Position numbers and translations under genes: made by a program. Below are positions 28,764 to 37,043 of a DNA stretch of 64,000 nucleotides, piece after piece. The DNA is from an uncultured Solirubrobacteraceae bacterium (GTDB lineage: Bacteria; Actinomycetota; Thermoleophilia; Solirubrobacterales; Solirubrobacteraceae). Every line of letters starts with the position of its first letter. Positions within the stretch are counted from its first letter, which is position 1. The notes below the pieces were generated by a model. It was not told the origin of the DNA, made no database searches, and was given only the letters and a program-made list of their open reading frames with translations. Location: the NCBI GenBank assembly GCA_963712675.1, contig CAVQJF010000021.1, positions 319,114 to 383,113 on the forward strand, written 5' to 3'.

Positions 28764-29663
28764 ATCGCCACGGTCGACCTCACCTCCCTTCGCGACAAGC
28801 GCGTCCTGATCACGGGCGCCGCGCGCGGGATCGGTGCCGCGCTGGCGGAGAGGCTCGCGTCGCATGGGGCGCGGTTGGCGCTCGTCGGGCTCGAGCCCGA
28901 AATCATGGCGGCGGTCGCAGCGCGCTGCGGCGAGGGCACGTTCGTCGCCGCGTGCGACGTGTCGAAGTTCGAGGCCGTGCAGGCCGCGATCGACGCCGCC
29001 GCCGATGCGCTCGGCGGGCTCGACGTGGTCGTCGCGAATGCCGGGATCGCGACCGGCGGCCCGCTCGCCTCGCAGGACCTGCGCTCTTGGGAGCGCGTGA
29101 TCGAGATCAACCTGCTGGGGGTGATGTACACAGACCGGGCCGCGATCCCGCACCTGCAGCGCAGTGGCGGCTACGTCCTCAACATCGCCTCGACGGCCGC
29201 CGTGTTGCGCGGGCCGGGGATGAGCGCCTATTGCGCAGCGAAGGCCGGGGTCGAGGCGCTGACCGACTGCATCCGCGTTGAGCTCAAACCGTCCGGCGTC
29301 GACGCCGGCGTCGCGTACTTCCTGTTCCTGGATACCGACATGGTGAGAGATGGGGAGCGCGAGATGCCGGGGCTCGAGCGCTCGAAGGCACGAGCTCCGC
29401 GCGCGTTCGGGCGCACGTACCCACTCCCGCCTGCTATCGACGAGGTGGTCGCGGCGATCGCGCAACGCCGCCGACGCGTGTCCTACCCCCGATGGTTCCT
29501 GCGGATCCTGCCGCTGCGCCAGCTGTTCGCCTCGGCGCTCGTCGAGCGCCAGACGGGCAAGGAAGCCGCCGAAGCACTGGCAGATTTCGACAAGCTGATC
29601 GCCGAGCGTGGCGCGGCGGCCGCTTCCGCGTCCGAGCGCACGCGCGAGCTCGCGGGCCTCTAA
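28764..29663 (+). CDS. SDR oxidoreductase (no canonical start; ATC at 28764 is the likely start position)
   Basis: TGAARGIG, NAG, YCAAK; TATCGT -10 six nt before the ATC. Confidence 0.85.
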   Translation: MATVDLTSLRDKRVLITGAARGIGAALAERLASHGARLALVGLEPEIMAAVAARCGEGTFVAACDVSKFEAVQAAIDAAADALGGLDVVVANAGIATGGPLASQDLRSWERVIEINLLGVMYTDRAAIPHLQRSGGYVLNIASTAAVLRGPGMSAYCAAKAGVEALTDCIRVELKPSGVDAGVAYFLFLDTDMVRDGEREMPGLERSKARAPRAFGRTYPLPPAIDEVVAAIAQRRRRVSYPRWFLRILPLRQLFASALVERQTGKEAAEALADFDKLIAERGAAAASASERTRELAGL

Positions 29664-30532
29664 GCGTCGTCGGCCGGAAGCTGCGCCTCGATCCGCGCGT
29701 CGTACTCGCTGCGCGCGGAACGGTCGATCGGTCCCATCGTCCGGTTCGCGTTGGTCAGCCGGCGGCCGAGCAGCCACACCGGTTCGGGTACGAACTGCAG
29801 CAGATCGAGCGTCAACGTCAGTCCGCGCGGGGTGCCGGCGAGCGCTGGCCGGCTCTTGAGGGTGCCGAGGATCGTGTCGGCCACCGACTCGGGCTTGAGG
29901 ATGAACACGCGCTCGAGCCCGAACGGCAGGAAATCGAACGGGATCCCGTCGGTGAGCTGCGTGTTCACGGCCGCCGGCATCACCGCGGTGACCGTGACGC
30001 CCGTCCCGTCCAGCTCCTCGCGGGCGCTGCGGCTGAGCGCGTTGGCGGCGTGCTTCGTGGCGCAGTACATCGCGAGGCCGGCTGCGTGGATCTTGCCGGC
30101 GGCCGAGGTGACGTTGACGATGTGTCCGCGGCCGCGCTGCACCATGCCCGGCGCGACCAGCTTGAGCCCGTGGTAGTGGGCCCAGAAGTTGACGTTCATC
30201 TGCGCTGTGCTGACGGACTCCGGTTCTTCCAGCAGCGGTCCGACGGGCATGATCCCGGCGTTGTTGACGAGCACGTCGATCGGGCCGACGTGCTCCTGTA
30301 CGGCCGCGACAAACGCCGCGTACGAGTTGCGGTCGCCGGCGTCGAGGTGGAATCCCCAGGCGCGCTCGCTGATCTCGAGCGCCGCATCGCTGGCGGCGCC
30401 GAGCTCGAGATCTCCGATCGCGACCCGGGCACCGCGAGCGGCAAACGCCTTCGCGGTCGCGAGCCCGATCCCACGCGCGCCGCCGGTGACGGCGACGACG
30501 GCCTCGTCGAGCTCGATCGGTGTTGCTTTCAT
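29660..30532 (-). CDS. SDR oxidoreductase
   Basis: TGGARGIG, NNAG, YCATK. Confidence 0.92.
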   Translation of the reverse strand: MKATPIELDEAVVAVTGGARGIGLATAKAFAARGARVAIGDLELGAASDAALEISERAWGFHLDAGDRNSYAAFVAAVQEHVGPIDVLVNNAGIMPVGPLLEEPESVSTAQMNVNFWAHYHGLKLVAPGMVQRGRGHIVNVTSAAGKIHAAGLAMYCATKHAANALSRSAREELDGTGVTVTAVMPAAVNTQLTDGIPFDFLPFGLERVFILKPESVADTILGTLKSRPALAGTPRGLTLTLDLLQFVPEPVWLLGRRLTNANRTMGPIDRSARSEYDARIEAQLPADDA

Positions 30533-30545
30533 GCCGCCCGCCGCT

Positions 30546-31604
30546 TCATCGCGGGGCGGATGCGGTCCGGGAGACGAACTCGCCGATCTCCGAAATCGCG
30601 GCGCGGGCCTCGGGGAGCAGGTCGACGCCGAGCAGCTGGAAGTCGTGCACTTGGCCCTGCCACAGCTTGACCCGCACCGGGACGCCCGCGGCGGCGAGCC
30701 GGTCGCCCAGGTTCAGCGCGTCGAGCTCGAGCACCTCGGTCGTGCCGACGTGGATCAACACCGGCGGCAGCCCGGAGAGGTCGAGGTTGACGGGGGAGAG
30801 CTGCCGATCGAGCTCGCCGCCCTTGCGGATCAGCCGCTCGACGACGAACGCCGCGGCCTTGATCGGGATCAGTGGATCCGTGCGGGCGTTGCGATGCGTG
30901 AGCTTGTCGGTCGAGTCGAGGTCGCCCCAGGGACTGATCGCGACGATCCCCGCCGGCATCGGCAGCCCTTCGGCCCGGGTCGCGTTTGCGACCAGGAACG
31001 ACAGGCCACCGCCGGCGGAGTCGCCCGCGAGCACGATCTGCGACGGCGCGATCCCATCCTCGAGCAGCTTGCGGTAGGCGGCCACCCCGTCCTCGATCGC
31101 GAGCATGATCGCCGAGCGGGGGAGCAGCCGGTAGGCGACGTTGAACACCGTCGCGTCGGCGGCGCGGCTGATCCGCGCCACCAGCCGGCGGTGCGAGGAC
31201 AGGCCGCACGCGACGTAGCCACCGCCGTGGAAGTACAGGACGTACGGGCCGCCGGGCGCGACGCCGCGGGCGCGCACGAGCTCGGCCTTGCAGGCCGGGA
31301 GGTTGACGCGCTCGATCACCGTGCCCCGCGGCGCGGGGTTGAGCGCCGCGATCGAGTCCGTCATCAGCCTGATCATCGACTCCCAGATCCGCCACATCTC
31401 GACCCCGGGCGGGCCGATCCGGATTCCGATTCCCGACAGCCAGGCGCTGAACGCGATCCACGGCCGCAGCGTGATCCGCAGGACGATCGCGAACAGGAGC
31501 GAGATCAGGCTGGGTGCGCCGCTTCGGACGATCTCGGGCGCAGGCGCCGAGGGTCGCTCAAAGGGCGGCTGTGTACTCGGTTCCGAAGCCGTTGAGGTGC
31601 TCAT
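30546..31604 (-). CDS. HSL-family esterase/lipase
   Basis: HGGGY, GDSAGG, HDFQ. Confidence 0.92.
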   Translation of the reverse strand: MSTSTASEPSTQPPFERPSAPAPEIVRSGAPSLISLLFAIVLRITLRPWIAFSAWLSGIGIRIGPPGVEMWRIWESMIRLMTDSIAALNPAPRGTVIERVNLPACKAELVRARGVAPGGPYVLYFHGGGYVACGLSSHRRLVARISRAADATVFNVAYRLLPRSAIMLAIEDGVAAYRKLLEDGIAPSQIVLAGDSAGGGLSFLVANATRAEGLPMPAGIVAISPWGDLDSTDKLTHRNARTDPLIPIKAAAFVVERLIRKGGELDRQLSPVNLDLSGLPPVLIHVGTTEVLELDALNLGDRLAAAGVPVRVKLWQGQVHDFQLLGVDLLPEARAAISEIGEFVSRTASAPR

Positions 31605-31624
31605 CCGGTCGGCGAAAAGTATAT

Positions 31625-31642
31625 TGACTGATACGTCATTCG
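31625..31642. promoter_or_regulatory. 18-bp operator C in divergent esterase/lipase promoter
   Basis: TGACTGATACGTCATTCG. Confidence 0.75.
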
Positions 31643-31682
31643 GCATTGACGTACGGGTACGTACTTAGTAGGGTTTGCGCCC

Positions 31683-33020
31683 GTGAGGCGCCGGATCACA
31701 ACCTTTGTGGGCGCGCTCGTCGTGGCCGCCGCGGCGCTCGCGGTACCCGCCGGCGCCGCGATCCCGGTTCCGAGCGCCGATCCCTTCTACGCGCCGCCGC
31801 CGTCGCTCGCGTCGTACGCGCCCGGGACGATCCTGCGCACGCGGTCGGTCCACGTGATCGGCCTGACGCAGCTCGCGTCGAACACCGCCTACCAGCTGCT
31901 CTACCGCACGACGAGCGCGACCGGACAGCCGATCGCGGCCGTGACGACGCTGCTGCTGCCGACGACGCGCACGACCGGGCCACGCCGGCTGCTGTCCTAC
32001 CAGACGGCCGAGGACAGCCTGACGCTGAAGTGCGCGCCGTCGTACACGCTCCAGACAGCGTCGGGGTCGACTCAGTCGGCCGAGTCCGGCGAGATCGCGG
32101 CCGGACTGCTGAAGGGCTGGGACGTCGCGGTCCCCGACTACGAGGGGCCACAGTCCGAATATCCCGTCGGCCCGCTCGAGGGGCGGGCCACGCTGGATGG
32201 GATCCGCGCAGTCGAACGGTTTGCGCCGGCCGGGCTATCCGGCGCGGCGACCGAGGTCGCACTGATGGGCTACTCGGGCGGCTCGATCCCGAGCATCTGG
32301 GCTGACTCGATGGCGCGCAAGTATGCGCCCGAGCTGAAGCTCGTCGGCAACGCCGTCGGCGGGATCGTCCCCGACCCGATCGAGAACCTGGTCGCGGTCA
32401 ACGGCGGCGTGTTCGCCGGCGCGATCATCGCCGTCTCGGTTGGCATCGATCGGGCCTACCCGGGGCTCGATCTCGATGCGCTGCTGAACGCGCGGGGCAG
32501 GGCGCTCGCGGCGGTGGATGGCGCCGACGGGGCCGGCTGTGCGGGCGGCGTCACGAACGCGCCGTTCGGGACGGTCGCCGACTATTCGAACTACGCGACC
32601 CCACAGCAACTCGAGGCGGCTCCGCAGGTCTCCTCAACGTTCGCGCACCTGGACCTGATCGGCGGGCCGCCGCCGGAGTCGCCGTCGTACTGGTGGAACG
32701 CGATCGGGGACGAGATCGCGATCATCAAGCCCGTCGACGAGCTGTACGCGGCCGATTGCGCGGCGGGAGCGGTGATCGACTACTACCGAAGCCCGCTCGG
32801 CGAGCACCTCACCGGCGCCGTCATCTACGCGCTGCCGGCGCTCAGCTACCTGTCCGACCGCTTCGCCGGCAAGCCCGCGCCGAACACGTGCCCGCCCAGC
32901 TCGCGCACGACCGTGGCGCAGCACGGCGCGCGCCACCATCGAACGAAGCGGCGACACCACCGTCACAAGCATCGCCGCCACCGCACGGCCCCGCGCTCGC
33001 GGCGCCACCGGCGGCGCTAA
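31683..33020 (+). CDS. Secreted LIP-family lipase with His/Arg-rich C-terminal tail
   Basis: Signal peptide, DPFY, LLSYQTAED, PDYEG, MGYSGG, GEHL; tail HGARHHRTKRRHHRHKHRRHR. Confidence 0.9.
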   Translation: MRRRITTFVGALVVAAAALAVPAGAAIPVPSADPFYAPPPSLASYAPGTILRTRSVHVIGLTQLASNTAYQLLYRTTSATGQPIAAVTTLLLPTTRTTGPRRLLSYQTAEDSLTLKCAPSYTLQTASGSTQSAESGEIAAGLLKGWDVAVPDYEGPQSEYPVGPLEGRATLDGIRAVERFAPAGLSGAATEVALMGYSGGSIPSIWADSMARKYAPELKLVGNAVGGIVPDPIENLVAVNGGVFAGAIIAVSVGIDRAYPGLDLDALLNARGRALAAVDGADGAGCAGGVTNAPFGTVADYSNYATPQQLEAAPQVSSTFAHLDLIGGPPPESPSYWWNAIGDEIAIIKPVDELYAADCAAGAVIDYYRSPLGEHLTGAVIYALPALSYLSDRFAGKPAPNTCPPSSRTTVAQHGARHHRTKRRHHRHKHRRHRTAPRSRRHRRR

Positions 33021-33021
33021 C

Positions 33022-33243
33022 TGAAAACGGCGGCAGTGAAGAGGGTGGGTTGCGGCTCGGATCGTCCGTTGCTGTCCCCCGCGCACGCTCATGTCGGACC
33101 AACCGAGACTTTCCTCCGTGACGCGGAGGAAACCGCAGTTGCGTCCCCCGACGCCGCGGCGCGCCCCTCAACCACAGTTCTCATGGAATCCGGTGCGTAG
33201 CCGAATGCGACTGCCCGCCTCCCTTTCACCCCCGCCGTTTTTG
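33022..33243. mobile_element. MITE/REP-like element copy 1 (about 220 bp)
   Basis: Left TGAAAACGGCGGCAGTGAAGAGGG; right end revcomp CAAAAACGGCGGGGGTGAAAGGG; internal hairpin TTCCTCCG-5-CGGAGGAA at 33111-33131. Confidence 0.6.
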
Positions 33244-33287
33244 AGCGCCCCGAACCAGTCTCCAGAAACAGCCAGCCGGCCGGACGA

Positions 33288-35837
33288 CTAGTGCGGTTCT
33301 GACTCGAACTGCTCGGCTAGCTTGCGGCGCTGGATCTTGCCGGTCGAGGTCCGGGGCAGGCGGTCGACGAAGGCGATCTCGCGGGGGATCTTGTAGCGGG
33401 CGAGCTGGCCGCGGACGTACTCCTGGAGCTCCTCCGCGCTCGCGGTCGCGCCTTCCTTTAGTACGACCATCGCGGCGAGGCGCTGGCCGAAGTCGGGGTC
33501 GGGGACGCCGAACACGGCGGCGTCGGCGACCGCTTCGTGGGCGATCAGCGTCTCCTCGACCTCCTGGGGGAAGACGTTCTCGCCGCCGGACAGGATCATG
33601 TCGTCGTCGCGACCGTCGATGAACAGCCGCCCCGCCGAGTCGAAGTGGCCGACGTCGCCGGAGCTCATCAGACCGTCGATCACCTGCTTGGTGCCGCCGC
33701 CCGTGTACCCGTCGAAGTTGAGCGGGCCGCCGACGAAGATCCGCCCGGTCTGGCCGGCGGGCAGCTCGAGGCCCTCCTCGTCGAGGATCTTGATCGTCAC
33801 GCCGGCCATCGGGTGGCCGACGGTGCCCGGCGCGGCGCGCAGGTCGGCGGGCGTCGCGAGCGTCCCCGAGCCGACCTCGGTCGACGCGTAGCCGTTGAAG
33901 AGGATGTCGCCCCACTCGTCCATGACCGCTGTCGAGAGCTCGGGCGGCAGCGGCGCGGCCCCGGTCAGGGCCATCCGCAGCGAGGAGGTGTCGTACTTGC
34001 CGCGCACCGCCTCGGGCACGTCCATGATGCGCTTGTACATCGTCGGCACGGCCAGGATCAGCCCGACGCGGTAGCGGTCGATCTGCTCGAGCGCGGCCTC
34101 CGCGTCAAAGCGCCGTCGGATCACCATCGGCGAGCCGAGGCCAAACGCGATTCCGAATCCGATCATCCCGTAGAGGTGGAACAGCGGCGGCGCGACGAGC
34201 ACCGGTTCGCCCGAGCGCGGCGTCGGCTTCAACCGCGCGAGCTCCAGGAACCCACCGATCGCGAGCTGCGCCTGCGCGCGGGCCTTGACCGTCCGGATCG
34301 CCCCCTTCGGCGTTCCGGTCGTGCCCGAGGTCAACATGATCGCGCGGCCGCTCTCGCTCGGCAGCGGCGCGTCCTGTTCGCGGAGCGCGATCAGCGAGTC
34401 GAGCGTCGGCCGCTCGACTGACGCGTCGGGCTCGTGCCACGCCACGATCCGCGAGCCTTCGAAGCCGGACGCGCCGAACACCGGCTCGAACTCCTCGTCG
34501 TAGATCGCCGCGGTCACGCGCTCGCGCGCGAGCACGTCGCCGAGCTGTGGGCCGGCGAAGTCGGTGTTGAGCGGTACCAGATCGCAGCCAAGACGCGAGG
34601 CGGCAGCGGACGCGTGGACGAAGCCGCGGTGGTTGCGGATCATCAGCGCGACGCGCTGCGTCGCGACCACGTCGAAGTGGCGGTGAAGCGCGCCGGCGAG
34701 CGCGCGGGCCTCGTCGTCGAGCTCCGAGAACGTGATCGTGCCGAGCTCGTCGATGATCGCCGGCCTGTCTGGATGGAGCGCGGCCGCCGCGGCGACCATC
34801 GAGGCGGGCGTCGAGCCGAAGCGCTGCTGGGCGAGCAGGGCGCGGCCGAGGCGGTCGGGCCGGATCGGCCGGACGACTCCGAGCGCGGCGATCGTCGTCA
34901 GCGCTCCGACGGTCTCGCCCGCGATTCGCTGGACCGCGTTCGTCGGGGTTGGCGCCGGCGGTCGGCTCCGCGGGACGGCCCGACGAGCCTGGCGCGCGAA
35001 CGCGCGCTCGACGCCGCCCTGGGCGAGCGACGTGACCGGACCCCCGATCCGCGCCCAAATCGGCGCGATCCGCCGCGGCCGCAGCGCGACCCCGCGCGCG
35101 ACCATGCCGGCGGCCTCCTCGGTGCTCATCCCGGGGATGTAGCGCCACATGCGGAACGGGCCGAGCATCGGCGAGCGGACCAGCTGCATGTGGATCGAGG
35201 TGACGGTCACGCCGTCGACGAGGATCTCCGGCGCGGCGCCGCTGAGCCACACCTCGAACGCGCTTTTGGAGGCGATATACGCGCTCCAGCGCATCGGTGG
35301 AAAGTCGACCCCCATCGTCGCGACGTTGACGATGTGTCCCGAGCCCCGCTCGCGCATCGACGGCAGCAGCCCGAGCAGCAGCCGCACGGGACCGAGGTAG
35401 TTGACGTTGATCGTGCGCTCGAAGTCGTGGAAGCGGTCGTAGGACTGCGCGATCCAGCGTCGGATCGAGACGCCCGCGTTGTTGACGACGACGTCGACGT
35501 GGTCGTGCTGGGCCAGCACGGATTCGGCCAGCTCGGCAACGCGGTCGGTGTCGCCCATGTCGCATGGGTGCACGAAGGCGCTGCCGCCGCCGGCGACGAT
35601 CTGGTCGCGGACCGCGTCGAGCTTGTCGACCGACCTGGCGACCAGCAGCACGGTCGCGCCGGCCGCCCCGAGCCGCAGTGCGCTCGCCTCGCCGATCCCC
35701 GACGAGGCTCCCGTGATCAGCACCACCTTGCCGGCGACCTCTCGGCGCAACCGGGCGTCGCTGATCCCCGGATTCGTCGCGCCGAGCAGCAGGCGGACCG
35801 AGCGGGGGAGGATGTCCTTCGGAGCCTCGGGGGTCAT
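33288..35837 (-). CDS. Fusion of Acr1-like fatty acyl-CoA reductase SDR and long-chain acyl-CoA synthetase (FadD-like)
   Basis: TGASSGIG, SYDRFHDFERTINVNY, YIASK; then LTSGTTGTPKG, GYASTE, SGDVG, GRDDDMILSGGENVFP, TGKI in one open frame. Confidence 0.88.
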   Translation of the reverse strand: MTPEAPKDILPRSVRLLLGATNPGISDARLRREVAGKVVLITGASSGIGEASALRLGAAGATVLLVARSVDKLDAVRDQIVAGGGSAFVHPCDMGDTDRVAELAESVLAQHDHVDVVVNNAGVSIRRWIAQSYDRFHDFERTINVNYLGPVRLLLGLLPSMRERGSGHIVNVATMGVDFPPMRWSAYIASKSAFEVWLSGAAPEILVDGVTVTSIHMQLVRSPMLGPFRMWRYIPGMSTEEAAGMVARGVALRPRRIAPIWARIGGPVTSLAQGGVERAFARQARRAVPRSRPPAPTPTNAVQRIAGETVGALTTIAALGVVRPIRPDRLGRALLAQQRFGSTPASMVAAAAALHPDRPAIIDELGTITFSELDDEARALAGALHRHFDVVATQRVALMIRNHRGFVHASAAASRLGCDLVPLNTDFAGPQLGDVLARERVTAAIYDEEFEPVFGASGFEGSRIVAWHEPDASVERPTLDSLIALREQDAPLPSESGRAIMLTSGTTGTPKGAIRTVKARAQAQLAIGGFLELARLKPTPRSGEPVLVAPPLFHLYGMIGFGIAFGLGSPMVIRRRFDAEAALEQIDRYRVGLILAVPTMYKRIMDVPEAVRGKYDTSSLRMALTGAAPLPPELSTAVMDEWGDILFNGYASTEVGSGTLATPADLRAAPGTVGHPMAGVTIKILDEEGLELPAGQTGRIFVGGPLNFDGYTGGGTKQVIDGLMSSGDVGHFDSAGRLFIDGRDDDMILSGGENVFPQEVEETLIAHEAVADAAVFGVPDPDFGQRLAAMVVLKEGATASAEELQEYVRGQLARYKIPREIAFVDRLPRTSTGKIQRRKLAEQFESEPH

Positions 35838-36655
35838 TTTTTGGGGCGCATCGCGCGCTCGATCGTCGGCAGCTTGATGGCGTTCGGGACGTAGCGCCCC
35901 GCGGTCGCAAACGCGCGGACGCCCCAGCCGGGGACGACCACGCGGCGGCCCGCCTCGAGGCCCTGGACGCCGGCGCGCGCGGCCTGCTTGGCCGTGATCC
36001 ACGCGGGCCGCGGAACCGTCTTCTCGAACGAGTGACCGCCGCCGAGCTCCCACCCGGAGATCTCCCAGAAGTCGGTCTGTACGGGCCCCGGCGCGAGCGC
36101 CGTGACGGTGATCCCGCGCCCCTTGAGCTCATGGTGGAGCGCTTCGGAGAAGGTCAGGACGTAGGCCTTCGCCGCCGAGTAGCCGGCGGAGTAGGGGAGG
36201 GGCTGCATGCCCGCCGTCGACGCGATGTTAAGGATCGCGCCGCGGCGGCGCTCGGTCATCGCCGGCACGAACGCCGAGCTCAGCGCGACGACGGTCTCGA
36301 CGAGCAGGCGGACCTGCTCGAGCTCCCGCACGGGGTCGGCCTCCGCGAACGGGCCGTTGGTCGCGAAGCCCGCGTTGTTGACGAGCATCTCGACATCGAG
36401 TCCGAGCGCCGCGATCCGGCCCGGAAGCCGCCCCCGCGACGCCGCCTTTCCGAGGTCGCATGAGATCGCCTCCGCGCGGACGCCGTGATCCTCCGCGAGT
36501 TCGCCCGCGAGCTTCTCGAGCCGGTCCTTGCGGCGCGCGACGAGCACCACGTTGTGGCCGCGCGAGGCGAGCTCGCGCGCGATGCAGGCGCCGATCCCCG
36601 CCGACGCGCCGGTGACGAGAGCCGTTGAATTGGGAGAGGGGGAGGGGATGCTCAT
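35834..36655 (-). CDS. SDR oxidoreductase
   Basis: TGASAGIG, NNAG, YSAAK; ATGA coupling to the fusion gene. Confidence 0.92.
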   Translation of the reverse strand: MSIPSPSPNSTALVTGASAGIGACIARELASRGHNVVLVARRKDRLEKLAGELAEDHGVRAEAISCDLGKAASRGRLPGRIAALGLDVEMLVNNAGFATNGPFAEADPVRELEQVRLLVETVVALSSAFVPAMTERRRGAILNIASTAGMQPLPYSAGYSAAKAYVLTFSEALHHELKGRGITVTALAPGPVQTDFWEISGWELGGGHSFEKTVPRPAWITAKQAARAGVQGLEAGRRVVVPGWGVRAFATAGRYVPNAIKLPTIERAMRPKK

Positions 36656-36704
36656 CGGCGCTGAGCGGGGAGTGTACGCAGCGGCGGCATCCCGGGAACG
36701 TAGC

Positions 36705-36722
36705 GGAATGATACATCACTCC
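36705..36722. promoter_or_regulatory. 18-bp operator D in divergent promoter
   Basis: GGAATGATACATCACTCC. Confidence 0.85.
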
Positions 36723-36761
36723 TTGAAATGGGGGCCGTCGCCGCATATCGTTCGGCCGGCT

Positions 36762-37043
36762 GTGAGATCGATCGAGGGCACCGACGCGCGGCGTTGGGCG
36801 GCACTTGGAGGCGTCCTCGCGGGCGCGGCCGGGGCCGTGGTCGCCGTGTTCGCCGCGCGCGCGGGCTTCCGCGTGTTCCTCCGGGCGCTCCGGATCGGGC
36901 GTGGATTCGGCTGGTTCTGCTACGTCGCGGCGACGCTCCAGCTGCTCCGCCGCTGTCCGGACTGCAGGCGGCTCATCCGGCGCGACTGCCGCGTCTGCCG
37001 GCACTGCGGCTGGCGCCGCGGTCAGGCGGACGAGTCCGCGTAG
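36762..37043 (+). CDS. Small membrane protein with C-terminal zinc ribbon
   Basis: Hydrophobic segments, then CPDC..CRVCRHCG; start uncertain. Confidence 0.6.
   Translation: MRSIEGTDARRWAALGGVLAGAAGAVVAVFAARAGFRVFLRALRIGRGFGWFCYVAATLQLLRRCPDCRRLIRRDCRVCRHCGWRRGQADESA

Noticed and set aside
33091-33291. 66-aa ORF inside repeat element 1 (and 55934..56179 inside element 2) as a transposase remnant
   Set aside because: Low-complexity Pro/Arg/Ser-rich sequence, no transposase motif, not shared between the two copies.
36740-36757. Extra operator copy (rc CGAACGATATGCGGCGAC), and a similar half-site near 25203
   Set aside because: Only the left half matches and the invariant TCA is absent; more simply a -10 hexamer.
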